From: Gemmatimonadales bacterium
GTDB lineage: Bacteria > Gemmatimonadota > Gemmatimonadetes > Gemmatimonadales > GWC2-71-9
Assembly: GCA_036559745.1 (NCBI GenBank)
Contig: DATBSO010000184.1
Location: 14,023 to 78,022, forward strand
Direction: 5' to 3'
Length of the DNA stretch: 64,000 nucleotides
Below are positions 37,505 through 46,629 of this stretch, piece after piece (positions within the stretch are counted from its first letter, which is position 1; each line of letters opens with the position of its first letter). The notes under the pieces are model-generated. The model was not told the DNA's origin and did not search any database. It saw only the letters and a list, made by a program, of their open reading frames with translations. A program made the position numbers and the translations under genes.

Positions 37505-37604
37505 CCTCCTCATATGGCGTACCTCTTGCCCCTTTCACGAGTTGCGAAACGGGGACATCCGACAAGCACTGCAAACCCTTGCAACAGCGAGACGGCCGCG
37601 AGCG

Positions 37605-38822
37605 ATGCGCGTACTCCTGCTGAACTACGAGTATCCCCCCTACGGTGGCGGCGCCGGTGTCGCCACCGAGGCGCTCGCACGAACGCTGGCCTCCCGCGGG
37701 GTGACGGTGGACGTCGTCACCGCGGGTGATGAAGCGAGTCACGAGTCAGTGCAGTTGTGGGATGGGACGGCCTCGCAGGAAGGACAGCTCAACGTTCACC
37801 GGGTACCCTGTAGCCGCACGTCTGTGCACGAGGCGGGGATGCGGGACGCGGCGAGCTATCTCCTCGCCGCGCTGCCGTTGGTCCGGCGACTCCTCCGCAC
37901 CGAGCGGTACGACGCGGCCCACTTCTTCTTCTCGCTCCCGACCGGAGCGATGATTCCGCTTCTCGATCTTCGCGGCATCCCCGTCATCGTTTCGCTCCGC
38001 GGTTCCGACGTCCCCGGTTACGACTCGCACAACCTCGCGCTCCGGCGAGCTCATCGTCTGCTCAAGCCGCTGACCCGGTGGATCTGGGGACGGGCCGATC
38101 GCGTGGTGCCGGTATGCGAGAGTCTCGGCAGACTCGCGCGCCAGACGATGCCCAAGCTCACCTACACGGTCATCCCGAATGGCGTCGACCTGGACCGGTT
38201 CCATCCGGCTACCGTGCGCCGTCATCGTCGCGCGGACCGCGTGCGCTGTATCGCCGTCGCGCGGCTGGTCGAGCGGAAGGGTCTCGACCATCTGCTCCGG
38301 GCGATCGCGTCGCTCGAGCGAGGGCGCTACGAGCTCGAGATCGTGGGCACGGGACCGGACGAGCACGCATTACGGGAGCTCGTGGCGACACTCGGGCTCG
38401 ACGGCCTGGTGACGTTCAGCGGATCGCTCGATCGCGCCAGCGTGGCCCGCCGTTATCGTGATGCCGACATCTTCGCCCTCGCTTCGGTCGAGGAGGCCTT
38501 CGGCAACGTCTTCGCCGAGGCGCTCGCGTCCGGTCTGCCGATCGTCGGCAGCAACATCGGCGGAATCCCCGCGCTGGTCGAGCACGGCGTCAACGGCCTC
38601 CTGGTTCCTCCACGGGACCCACACGCGCTGGCTGCCGCAATCCGGCAGCTCGGCGAGAACCCCGGACTCCGCGCGAGCATGAGCCGGCGGAACCGTGAGC
38701 ACGCCGAGAACATGCTGTCGTGGGATCGGATCGGGACCCGCTACCTCTCGCTCTACCATGGCATCCGCGTTCCCGCACGCGCCGGCTCTCGGCTGGCCGA
38801 GCTTCCATCGAGCTCCTGGTGA
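37605..38822 (+). CDS. GT4-family (GT-B) glycosyltransferase
   Basis: MRVLLLNYEYPPYGGGAGVA.. N-terminus. C-terminal ..EEAFGNVFAEALASGLPIVGSNIGGIPALVEHGVNGLLV.. (EX7E region). Confidence 0.9.
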   Translation: MRVLLLNYEYPPYGGGAGVATEALARTLASRGVTVDVVTAGDEASHESVQLWDGTASQEGQLNVHRVPCSRTSVHEAGMRDAASYLLAALPLVRRLLRTERYDAAHFFFSLPTGAMIPLLDLRGIPVIVSLRGSDVPGYDSHNLALRRAHRLLKPLTRWIWGRADRVVPVCESLGRLARQTMPKLTYTVIPNGVDLDRFHPATVRRHRRADRVRCIAVARLVERKGLDHLLRAIASLERGRYELEIVGTGPDEHALRELVATLGLDGLVTFSGSLDRASVARRYRDADIFALASVEEAFGNVFAEALASGLPIVGSNIGGIPALVEHGVNGLLVPPRDPHALAAAIRQLGENPGLRASMSRRNREHAENMLSWDRIGTRYLSLYHGIRVPARAGSRLAELPSSSW

Positions 38823-40120
38823 GCTACGCCGTCGGTTTCTGGGTGGCCGCGGATGCCTTCGAGGTGTTCCGGGCCCAGCGGTTGAGTCCCGATGCGCTCG
38901 GGGCGCTCGCCCGGCGAAGGCTCGGCCGTCTGCTCGTGGCGGCTGCCGGCACGGAGTTCTACCGGCGCCGATTGAATGCCGCGGGCGTAGACCCGCGGAG
39001 TCCGATGCTCCGCTCCGACCCCGACGCCATCATGTCCGTGCTCGCCCCCGTGGGGAAAGCGGAGCTGCGTGACGCGGGCTCCACGATCCTTCGGGGCGGA
39101 CGGATTCATCCCTCCTGGCAATCGTCGAGCTCTTCTGGCTCGACCGGCGAGCCATTCCGGGTGTTCTACGAGCCTCGGGCCTGGGCGACGCTCAAGCATC
39201 TCGTGAAGCTGCGCGCACGCATGGCGTGCGGCCTCCAGACCACCGACCGGATCGCGCTTTTCGATGCGATTCCGCCGTCGCGGCGGTGCGGCGTCAGTCG
39301 CGCAAGCCGGGTGGCGCGGATCAGCGTGCTGCAGCCGCCGGACGCGATGGCCGATCAGCTCTCCGCCTTCGCGCCCGATGCGGTCTACGGCCTCCCCTCG
39401 GCGCTGCTCGAAACGGCCTCCGCGCTGCGCCGGCGCGGCGCGAAGGTGGCGATCGAAAGGGTTTTCACCAGCGGCGAGCTGCTCCAGCCCGCTATCCGGG
39501 ATGCACTTGCCGATGCGTTTGGGGCGCGGGTCTTCGATGTCTACGGCAGCTCCGAGACGAAGGAGATCGCCTGGGAATGCTCCAGTGGCGGGATGCACGT
39601 CAACGCCGACGTGGTCCACCTGGAGGTGCTGGACGACGACGGCCGACCGGTGCCCGACGGGGTGGAGGGGAACCTCGTTGCCACCCCGCTCGTGAACCAC
39701 GCGATGCCGCTCCTCCGGTATCGGATAGGTGACCGCGGGAGTCTGCGCCCTCACGCGTGCGCGTGCGGCCACTCCTTTCCACTGCTCGGCGTGGTCACCG
39801 GCCGGGCCGCCGACGTGCTCGTGCTGTCCGATGGGCGCAGGATCTCGCCCTATGCCCTCACCTGCGCGCTCGAGCTGGAGCCCAGTCTCGTCCGCTATCA
39901 GGTGAACCAGCTCGACCCGGCGCGCATTCGCGTCCGCGCCATCGTCGCACCCGTCGCCTCGCTCGAGGCGGTAGCCGGCCGCATTCGCTCCCTGATCCGC
40001 TCCCAGGTAGCACCCCATCTCGAGACCGAGGTGGAGTTCGTGGACCATCTCCCCACCGGACCGCGGGCCAAGTTCCGCGTCGTCCAGCCGCTGGCGTCGC
40101 CGGCGGAATCTCTCGCCTGA
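38819..40120 (+). CDS. CapK/PaaK-like adenylate-forming enzyme (coenzyme F390 synthetase-like) 1
   Basis: GTG 38819 overlaps the GT4 stop (GTGA). ..SSSSGSTGEPFRVFY.. (AMP-binding P-loop-like motif), ..VYGSSETKEIAWEC.., ..LLRYRIGDRG..CACGHSFPLLGVVTGRAAD... Confidence 0.8.
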   Translation: MSYAVGFWVAADAFEVFRAQRLSPDALGALARRRLGRLLVAAAGTEFYRRRLNAAGVDPRSPMLRSDPDAIMSVLAPVGKAELRDAGSTILRGGRIHPSWQSSSSSGSTGEPFRVFYEPRAWATLKHLVKLRARMACGLQTTDRIALFDAIPPSRRCGVSRASRVARISVLQPPDAMADQLSAFAPDAVYGLPSALLETASALRRRGAKVAIERVFTSGELLQPAIRDALADAFGARVFDVYGSSETKEIAWECSSGGMHVNADVVHLEVLDDDGRPVPDGVEGNLVATPLVNHAMPLLRYRIGDRGSLRPHACACGHSFPLLGVVTGRAADVLVLSDGRRISPYALTCALELEPSLVRYQVNQLDPARIRVRAIVAPVASLEAVAGRIRSLIRSQVAPHLETEVEFVDHLPTGPRAKFRVVQPLASPAESLA

Positions 40121-40134
40121 TCCGGGATCTCACG

Positions 40135-41103
40135 ATGATCCAGATACCCTCCGATCGTTCTTCCTTCCGCTCCGAGCCCGGCGGCCGTGGCGGCGCGCGC
40201 GCGCTGCCCCACCCGCTCACGCCGTACGCGGATCTCATCGTGAACTTCTGTCCGACGGGGATGATTCCGACCAAGGCAATGACGCCGCACGTACCGGTGT
40301 CCCCGTCGGAAGTAGTCGATCAGGCGTGCGCGGCGCTGGAGCGCGGCGTGGCGATCGTCCATCTCCACGCCCGGGACGACGACGGCGCGCCGACGTGGCG
40401 GGGCGAGATCTACGAGCAGATGATCCTCGGGATCCGCGCGCAGTTTCCCGAGGCGATCACCTGCGTGAGCTGCAGCGGCCGGAACTTCCCGGAGTTCGAG
40501 CGGCGGAGCGAAGTGCTGGAGCTGACCGGCGCCGCGCGTCCCGACCTGGCGAGCCTCACGCTTACGACCCTCGATTTCCCGACCGGCACCAGCCAGAACG
40601 CGCCCGACATGGTGATCGCGCTGGCCGAAAAGATGATCGCGAAGGGGATCAAGCCCGAGCTCGAGTGCTTCGATTACGGGATGATCAACGCCGCCAACAT
40701 GCTCATCGCCAAGGGAGTCCTGGGCGACGGCCCCCACTACTTCAACCTACTCCTCGGCTCGCGCTACTCGGTGCCGGCCACCGCCCGTCACCTGTCCGGC
40801 ATGATCGCCGATCTTCCCGATGACTCGCTGTGGTCGGCGGCCGGGATCGGTCTCTTTCAACTTCCAATGAACGCGCTCGCCATCGCGATGGGCGGACATA
40901 CCAGGGTCGGCCTCGAGGACAACATCTTCCACGGCTTCGACCGGAGCGAGCTGGCCACCAACCAGGGTCTCGTCGAGCGCGTGGCCGACCTGAGCGAGAC
41001 CTTCGGCCGCCGGCTGGCGTCGCCCGCCAGCGCCCGCGCCATGATGGGCCTCGGACCGTCCGCCGCGGTGCTCCAGCGCGAGCGTGCCGGGCTCGTCCGA
41101 TGA
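40135..41103 (+). CDS. BKACE-family enzyme (3-keto-5-aminohexanoate cleavage enzyme-like, DUF849)
   Basis: ..LIVNFCPTGMIPTK.., metal-ligand contexts ..VAIVHLHARDDDG.. (HxH) and ..GHTRVGLEDNIF.. (E). TIM-barrel-like length of 322 aa. Confidence 0.85.
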   Translation: MIQIPSDRSSFRSEPGGRGGARALPHPLTPYADLIVNFCPTGMIPTKAMTPHVPVSPSEVVDQACAALERGVAIVHLHARDDDGAPTWRGEIYEQMILGIRAQFPEAITCVSCSGRNFPEFERRSEVLELTGAARPDLASLTLTTLDFPTGTSQNAPDMVIALAEKMIAKGIKPELECFDYGMINAANMLIAKGVLGDGPHYFNLLLGSRYSVPATARHLSGMIADLPDDSLWSAAGIGLFQLPMNALAIAMGGHTRVGLEDNIFHGFDRSELATNQGLVERVADLSETFGRRLASPASARAMMGLGPSAAVLQRERAGLVR

Positions 41104-42443
41104 TCACCAAGGGGCCGGACCTCCTCGGAACCGCCAGCGCGGTGCAGCGTCATCCACGCGCCGACCGGGCGCAGCTCCAGGCGTTTCAGGACGCCAAGCT
41201 TCGCCGGCTCCTCTCACACGCCTACGAGAACGTCCCCTACTATCGAAAGCTCTTCGATCGCCATCGCCTGCACCCGCGACACATCCGCGGGGCGGTGGAC
41301 CTCGAGCTCATCCCGATCACCAGCAAGCAGGAGCTGCGCGACCTTCCGGCCACGGACCTCGTCGCCCGAGGAGTCTCTCCGGTGGCCCTGCTGTCGGTGC
41401 GGACAAACGGATCGACCGGCGAGCCGTTCATCATCCGTCGCACCCGTCTCGAGCAGGGATTTCACACGCTCTTCCGCCAGCGCGCCTACGAGTCGTTCGG
41501 CCTCGGGCTCCGCGGCCGAATCGCCGCCGTGGGCCTGCCGCGCCCAGCCGATCCGAAGGAGAGCAGGGTCGTGGGCCGCTGGCTGAGCGCGATGGGCGTG
41601 CACCCCACGCTCCGGGTGGACGGGTTGCAGGACCCCGAGGACATCGTGGATCAGCTCGAGGCCTTCCGCCCCGATCTCATCACGGCGCTCCCCGGCATGC
41701 TGCTGCGCGTCGCCGATTTCCTCCTGGATCACCGTCCCGAGCGACTGCGCCCGCGGATCGTGGTGGTGGGCGGTGAGGTCCTGACCCCGCTCGTCCGCCG
41801 CCGGCTGACCGAGGCATTCGGCGTGGCGCCGCTGGAGACGTACGCCTGCCACGAGTTTCAGCTGCTCGGCTGGGAGTGTCGGACCCACGGCGGCATCCAC
41901 ACATGCGATGACGGCGTCGCCATCGAGGTGCTGCGCGACGGCCAGGCGGTGCAACCCGGCGAGGAGGGGGAGGTCGTCGCCACCAATCTCCACGCCTACG
42001 CCATGCCCCTCATCCGGTATCGCCTTGCCGATCTCGTCACTCGCGGCGCCGACCGATGCGCGTGTGGGCAGCCGTTCTCGGTCATCGGCGCCATCCGCGG
42101 GCGGATGGTGGATTATTTCCCGCTTCCGAACGGCCGCACGATTCACCCGTACCAGATCCTCCAGTGCCTGCAGCCCGGCTCCGACGGGTGGATCCGCCAG
42201 TATCAGCTCCTGCATGACCGGCCCGAGCGCATCGTCCTTCGGGTGGTGCCGTCCGATTCAATCACCCCCGAACTGGAAAGCCGGATCACCGGGGCCGTGA
42301 TGCCGCTCCTCGGCCCTGGCGTCGAGTTCCAGGTGCGGATCGTGGACGACCTCCCGCTCGATGCCGGCGGCAAGTTCCGCCACGCGCGCTCGCTGATGGC
42401 CTCCACGTACGAGCGCCTCGTCCCCCCGGCCGCGAATGGTTAG
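41100..42443 (+). CDS. CapK/PaaK-like adenylate-forming enzyme 2 (paralog of 38819..40120)
   Basis: ATGA overlap at 41100-41103. ..YENVPYYRKLFDRH.., ..TNGSTGEPFIIRR.., ..LIRYRLADLV..CACGQPFSVIGAIRGRMVD.., colinear with the first copy. Confidence 0.85.
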   Translation: MITKGPDLLGTASAVQRHPRADRAQLQAFQDAKLRRLLSHAYENVPYYRKLFDRHRLHPRHIRGAVDLELIPITSKQELRDLPATDLVARGVSPVALLSVRTNGSTGEPFIIRRTRLEQGFHTLFRQRAYESFGLGLRGRIAAVGLPRPADPKESRVVGRWLSAMGVHPTLRVDGLQDPEDIVDQLEAFRPDLITALPGMLLRVADFLLDHRPERLRPRIVVVGGEVLTPLVRRRLTEAFGVAPLETYACHEFQLLGWECRTHGGIHTCDDGVAIEVLRDGQAVQPGEEGEVVATNLHAYAMPLIRYRLADLVTRGADRCACGQPFSVIGAIRGRMVDYFPLPNGRTIHPYQILQCLQPGSDGWIRQYQLLHDRPERIVLRVVPSDSITPELESRITGAVMPLLGPGVEFQVRIVDDLPLDAGGKFRHARSLMASTYERLVPPAANG

Positions 42444-43791
42444 GCTCGCCGAGCCATACGAGCAGGACCCCGCGCCCAGACTCTTCGTGCACGGTGCGGC
42501 GAGTCCGGCCAGAGGCGCGCGCGGAACGCCGCGTGCCGTCGAGCGCGCCTCCGAGCGGGCGCTGGTCCTCGCGCGGGCGCAGGACATCGTCTGCGTGAGC
42601 GAAGAGGTGGAGCCGGCCTATCTCGCCTACCTGGCCGAGCTCGGCCTGGGACCGGCGCCCGATCGCGTCGTGGCCGCGTCGCGATTCGGCGATCACGAGC
42701 CGGGGCGCGCGCTCTGGGCCCGGCTCGCGGGAAGCACCGAGGCTCTTCGGGCGATCGGCACACTGCTCCGCGACGCCGGCCCGTCGCGGCTGCATCCGTT
42801 CATCGCCTCGCGCGGCTCCTTCGCGCTCGCGGCGGCCCTCGAGGTCGCGTCCGAGACCGAGGTAAGCGTGGTAGGGGGTGACCCGGAGATCGTCGAGCGC
42901 GCCGATCACAAACACCATATCCGGGAACGCGCCATCCGGCTGGCGATCCCCGTGGCCGATGGGGAGGTCGTGCAGCTCGCGGTTGCAGGTGGGCGCCGCC
43001 GCCGTGACTTCGACGCGCTCCGCGCCGCGGTGGAGCGCTGGCTTCGGCCCACCGGCCGCGTGCTCGTCCGCGGTACCCAGGGCGCCGGCAACTCGGCCAG
43101 CTACGTCGTTGGCACGGGCGGTACCGATCCTGACGGGCTGATCCGCGCACTCGCCGATCACCCGGAGACCCGGACCTACCTGGTCGAGGCGATGGTGGCC
43201 GCCACCCTGTCACCCAACGTGCAGCTCCACGTGGCACCCGGCGACGGCCCGATCACCTGCGTCGGCGTCACCGACCAGCGCTGGGAGCGTCCGCTGGTTC
43301 ACGGGGGGAACCTGTATCCCTCGATGGCACGTCTTGCCGGAGAGATGGTGGACTGGGCAACTCGCCTGGCGTCATCGCTCCAGCGGGAGGGGTACGCCGG
43401 TCTCCTCAGTCTCGACTTCGTCGAGTACGCCGATCCCGCCACCAACGCGCCTCGCGCCATCCTCGTCGAGGCGAGCCCTCGGGTGACGACGGATACCTAT
43501 CCGCTCGCGCTCTTCGCGCGGCTCAACGACGCCCAGCGCGTGGCCGGCCGTCCCGAGAGCGCCGCGTTCGTCTCCGGGACCATCGACACCCGGCCACGGC
43601 GCTTCGCCGACTTCCATCGCGCCGCACACCATCTCCTCTATTCGCCGACCACCGGGACCGGTGCGGTCCCGGTCCACATCGGCGCGCTGAGCCGGGGCAA
43701 GTGCGGAGTGGTCGTCCTCGGTCCGAGCCGCGACGCCGTCCTGCGCGCATCCGGGGAGCTCCAGAGCTGGTGTCGGAGGGAAGGACGGTGA
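42436..43791 (+). CDS. ATP-grasp-type ligase (pre-ATP-grasp + PGM1-like C-terminal domain)
   Basis: 8-nt overlap with the upstream gene. ..ADHKHHIRERAIRLAIPVADG.., ..VLVRGTQGAGNSASYVV.., ..YLVEAMV.., ..YAGLLSLDFVEY...ILVEASPRVTTDTYPL.. resemble the ATP-grasp nucleotide/Mg sites. Family assignment made by eye. Confidence 0.6.
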   Translation: MVRLAEPYEQDPAPRLFVHGAASPARGARGTPRAVERASERALVLARAQDIVCVSEEVEPAYLAYLAELGLGPAPDRVVAASRFGDHEPGRALWARLAGSTEALRAIGTLLRDAGPSRLHPFIASRGSFALAAALEVASETEVSVVGGDPEIVERADHKHHIRERAIRLAIPVADGEVVQLAVAGGRRRRDFDALRAAVERWLRPTGRVLVRGTQGAGNSASYVVGTGGTDPDGLIRALADHPETRTYLVEAMVAATLSPNVQLHVAPGDGPITCVGVTDQRWERPLVHGGNLYPSMARLAGEMVDWATRLASSLQREGYAGLLSLDFVEYADPATNAPRAILVEASPRVTTDTYPLALFARLNDAQRVAGRPESAAFVSGTIDTRPRRFADFHRAAHHLLYSPTTGTGAVPVHIGALSRGKCGVVVLGPSRDAVLRASGELQSWCRREGR

Positions 43792-44774
43792 CGCTGCTCG
43801 CCTCCGTCGAAGAGCGGTTCCTCGTCCCCGCATACGCGTCCCGGCTCGCCGAGGCGTGGATCGCGACCCATGGCGCCCTCGCTTTGCCGTTCCAGCTGCG
43901 CGGCGAGGTGCGCCGGTCCGTGGTCGCGACCGAGGGCGGCTCACTTCGCGTGCTGGAGATCGGCCGGAAGAAACATCTGACGCCATTCCGTCAGAAGCTT
44001 CTCGGTCCCGTCACGCAGGAGCACGACGACGGAACGCTGACGCTCACAAGCCCCGCCGCGCTCGACGCCGTGAGTGCGGATCTCACACTGGTGGAGATCC
44101 ATCGCTGGATGGCGCCCCGGTTTCGCCGGGCCGGATGGATCGTCGTCCCGGCCGATGTACGGTGGCAGGGCGATCTCTCGAATCTTCCACCCCGCCGGCC
44201 GACCGTCAGCCTCAAGTCGGACCTCGCGAAGGTCCGGCGACACGACTACACCCTGGAGCACGCGACCGACTCAGGTGACTGGGACGAGTTCTACCACGGG
44301 ATGGTGGTGCCGCAGGCCCGCGCCCGCTTCGGCGACGACGTCTGGATCCCGAGCGAGCGGCTCCAGCGCGTGCTGTCGGTGAGGGGAAGGCTGCACTTCA
44401 TCCGCCGTGGAGGCGTTCGTGTGGCGGGGGTGTGCTCGGTCCGCGACGGCGCGTCGCTCTGGCTGCCGTTGATGGGGCTGCGCCAGGGCGATCAATCGCT
44501 CTTGCGCGAAGGCGTGTATTCGGCGGCCTTTTCGCTCGTGTTCGCCTGGGCTCGCGAGATGGGCTGCCAGCGAGTGGACATGGGCCGGACGTCGCCCTTC
44601 GTTCACGACGGCATCCAGCGCTTCAAGCGGAAGTGGGGACTGCAGCCGGCGGCTGATCCGCTCAGCCATCTGATTGCCGTACGCGCTGGCCAGTCGGTCC
44701 GGCCGATGTTCGAGCGGCAGCCCGTGTTGATCGAGACGGCGCGCGGCATAGCGACCTACCCGGAGGCCGCATGA
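43788..44774 (+). CDS. GNAT-fold acyl/aminoacyl-transferase (Acetyltransf_6 / FemAB-like)
   Basis: GTGA overlap at 43788-43791. ..KSDLAKVRRHDYTLEH.., ..LHFIRRGGVRVAGVCSV.., ..GCQRVDMGRTSPFVHDGIQRFKRKWG.. are typical of the BioF2-like/FemAB-like acetyltransferase domain. Confidence 0.6.
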   Translation: MTLLASVEERFLVPAYASRLAEAWIATHGALALPFQLRGEVRRSVVATEGGSLRVLEIGRKKHLTPFRQKLLGPVTQEHDDGTLTLTSPAALDAVSADLTLVEIHRWMAPRFRRAGWIVVPADVRWQGDLSNLPPRRPTVSLKSDLAKVRRHDYTLEHATDSGDWDEFYHGMVVPQARARFGDDVWIPSERLQRVLSVRGRLHFIRRGGVRVAGVCSVRDGASLWLPLMGLRQGDQSLLREGVYSAAFSLVFAWAREMGCQRVDMGRTSPFVHDGIQRFKRKWGLQPAADPLSHLIAVRAGQSVRPMFERQPVLIETARGIATYPEAA

Positions 44775-45454
44775 GCCTGCCGGGCCGTCTCACGAGGCTC
44801 GTGGGCCATTGGCGCGATCTCCCGGCGGAGACAGCCCGCGCGTGGCGGGTGGGTGGACTGCGTGAGGTCCGTCAGCTCTTCGCCGACCGGTCGGTGCATC
44901 TCGTCTTCCGCCGTGACCGGATGGTCGTGATCGCGCAGCGGCTCGATGGCGTGCGCGAAGTGCCGGCTCCGGCGGGCGTGACGATCTCGATCGCGACGGC
45001 GGCCGACGTCGATCGTCTTGCCGGAATGGTCGGGGCCCGCGACCTCGATCTGTTCCGGGCCCGGCATGCGGCGGGTCGTACCTGCCTCCTCGCCTGGCGC
45101 GACGGACGGCCGATCGGCTACACGTGGCTCTCCGAGCACGTCGGGCCCGACGTGACGATCTGCCCGCTCCCGCTCCCGTCCCACGCGGCCTACCTCTACG
45201 ACCTCTACGTCGTGCCCGCGGAGCGCAGCTCCGGCGTCGGCTCGGCGCTCGTGAGCGCCCGGCTTCGTCTCGCGCGCGAGCGCGGCTTCATCGAGGGCTG
45301 GCGGATGATCTCGGTGGGGAACCGTGCGTCGTTCCGGACGGTGGACAAGACCGGTGGGACGGGTACTCGCGTAGTCGGGGAGATGCGGTACTACAAGGTT
45401 CTCGACCGCATCTATCCCCGGTTCACGCCGGCTCCCGATGCGGCCCGGCCATGA
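44771..45454 (+). CDS. GNAT-family N-acetyltransferase
   Basis: ATGA overlap at 44771-44774. ..LLAWRDGRPIGYTWL.., ..YLYDLYVVPAERSSGVGSALVSARLRLARERG.. (acetyl-CoA-binding Q/RxxGxG/A-like motif). Confidence 0.7.
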   Translation: MSLPGRLTRLVGHWRDLPAETARAWRVGGLREVRQLFADRSVHLVFRRDRMVVIAQRLDGVREVPAPAGVTISIATAADVDRLAGMVGARDLDLFRARHAAGRTCLLAWRDGRPIGYTWLSEHVGPDVTICPLPLPSHAAYLYDLYVVPAERSSGVGSALVSARLRLARERGFIEGWRMISVGNRASFRTVDKTGGTGTRVVGEMRYYKVLDRIYPRFTPAPDAARP

Positions 45455-46629
45455 GCGCCGTGCCCTCTCTGGCGGCCCCTCCTGAAAACACCCGATTCGC
45501 CGTCGCGATCGAAGGCAGGGCCGCGAGCGTGCGTCCCGATGAATGGAACGCACTCGCCCGGCGAGGCTTCTCGCTCCACCGTTGGCACGCCGCGGCTGAA
45601 GCGAGCGGCTGGCGCGCGCGCCACGTCGTGGTCCGCGAGCGCGGCGCGATTCGCGCGATCGTCCCCGCGTACCTCCTCGATGGCGGGGCCGCGCTCGACA
45701 TCCACGACCGCTGGCTCGGCCCTCTCGGTCCGGCGATGGCCGCAATGGGCCTCCGTCTCAGGCCCACCATCTCCGTCGGCGCGCCCGGATCCACCACGAG
45801 CGATTGGCTTGGCGATCTCGACGGCCTGCCCGATGTGATCCTCGCGCAGGTGCTTGCCGCACTCGAGGACCAGGCTCGGCTCGATGGGGCGCGGGCGGTG
45901 GTGTGGCCGTTTGTGGATCAGGACAGGACGCGCCTCCGCGAAATGGCCCGACAGGCGGGGTACCTCGACGTCTATGCCGGCTCGAGCGCGAGGCTCGGCA
46001 TCGAATGGCCTTCCTTCGACGAATACGTCTCGAGTCGCTCGAAGAGCCTTCGCCGGACGATTCGGGGTGAGCTCCGCTCTCTCGCCGATCAGGGGATCCG
46101 CACGGCGATCACCGACGACTTCCGCGTCCACGCCGGTGCGATGGCGTCCGTGTATCGTGGCAGCAACGGACGTCACCGTGGACGGACTCCCGCCGTGCCG
46201 GATGCCCTCTTCGAGCAGCTTGCGAGGGTGCCGACTCCGGGACTCTGGGGACAGCTCGCATTCGTCGGCGACCATCTCGTCGCATCGAGCGTCTCCGTCG
46301 TCGCGGGCGGCATCATGGAGGGGACCCTCGCCGCGTTCACGCCGGAGTTTCTCGGCGGACCGGTCTATCACAACGACCTGGTGTACGAGCCGCTGCGTCT
46401 CGCCTGTTCGCATGGCGTGGGCGCGCTCGACCTTGGACCCACGGCGCTATACCCCAAGGTGCTGCGCGGTGCACGGCTGCGCCGGCGCCGGACGCTCGCG
46501 CTGGGCGTGTCAGGTCCGGTGCACGCGGCCCTCAGGACGCTCGGTCCGCTGGTCGCACGCCGGACGGAGTGGAAAGAGCGTCGGGCACTCGCCCCGCTCG
46601 GCGCGCTCGAATCGCTGATCATCGCATGA
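45451..46629 (+). CDS. FemAB-like / DUF482-type GNAT-fold protein
   Basis: ATGA overlap at 45451-45454. ..RPDEWNALARRGFSLHRWHAAAEASGW.., ..FDEYVSSRSKSLRRTIRGELR.., ..LDLGPTALYPKVLRGARL.. resemble the peptidoglycan-biosynthesis/recognition FemAB_like family. Confidence 0.6.
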   Translation: MSAVPSLAAPPENTRFAVAIEGRAASVRPDEWNALARRGFSLHRWHAAAEASGWRARHVVVRERGAIRAIVPAYLLDGGAALDIHDRWLGPLGPAMAAMGLRLRPTISVGAPGSTTSDWLGDLDGLPDVILAQVLAALEDQARLDGARAVVWPFVDQDRTRLREMARQAGYLDVYAGSSARLGIEWPSFDEYVSSRSKSLRRTIRGELRSLADQGIRTAITDDFRVHAGAMASVYRGSNGRHRGRTPAVPDALFEQLARVPTPGLWGQLAFVGDHLVASSVSVVAGGIMEGTLAAFTPEFLGGPVYHNDLVYEPLRLACSHGVGALDLGPTALYPKVLRGARLRRRRTLALGVSGPVHAALRTLGPLVARRTEWKERRALAPLGALESLIIA

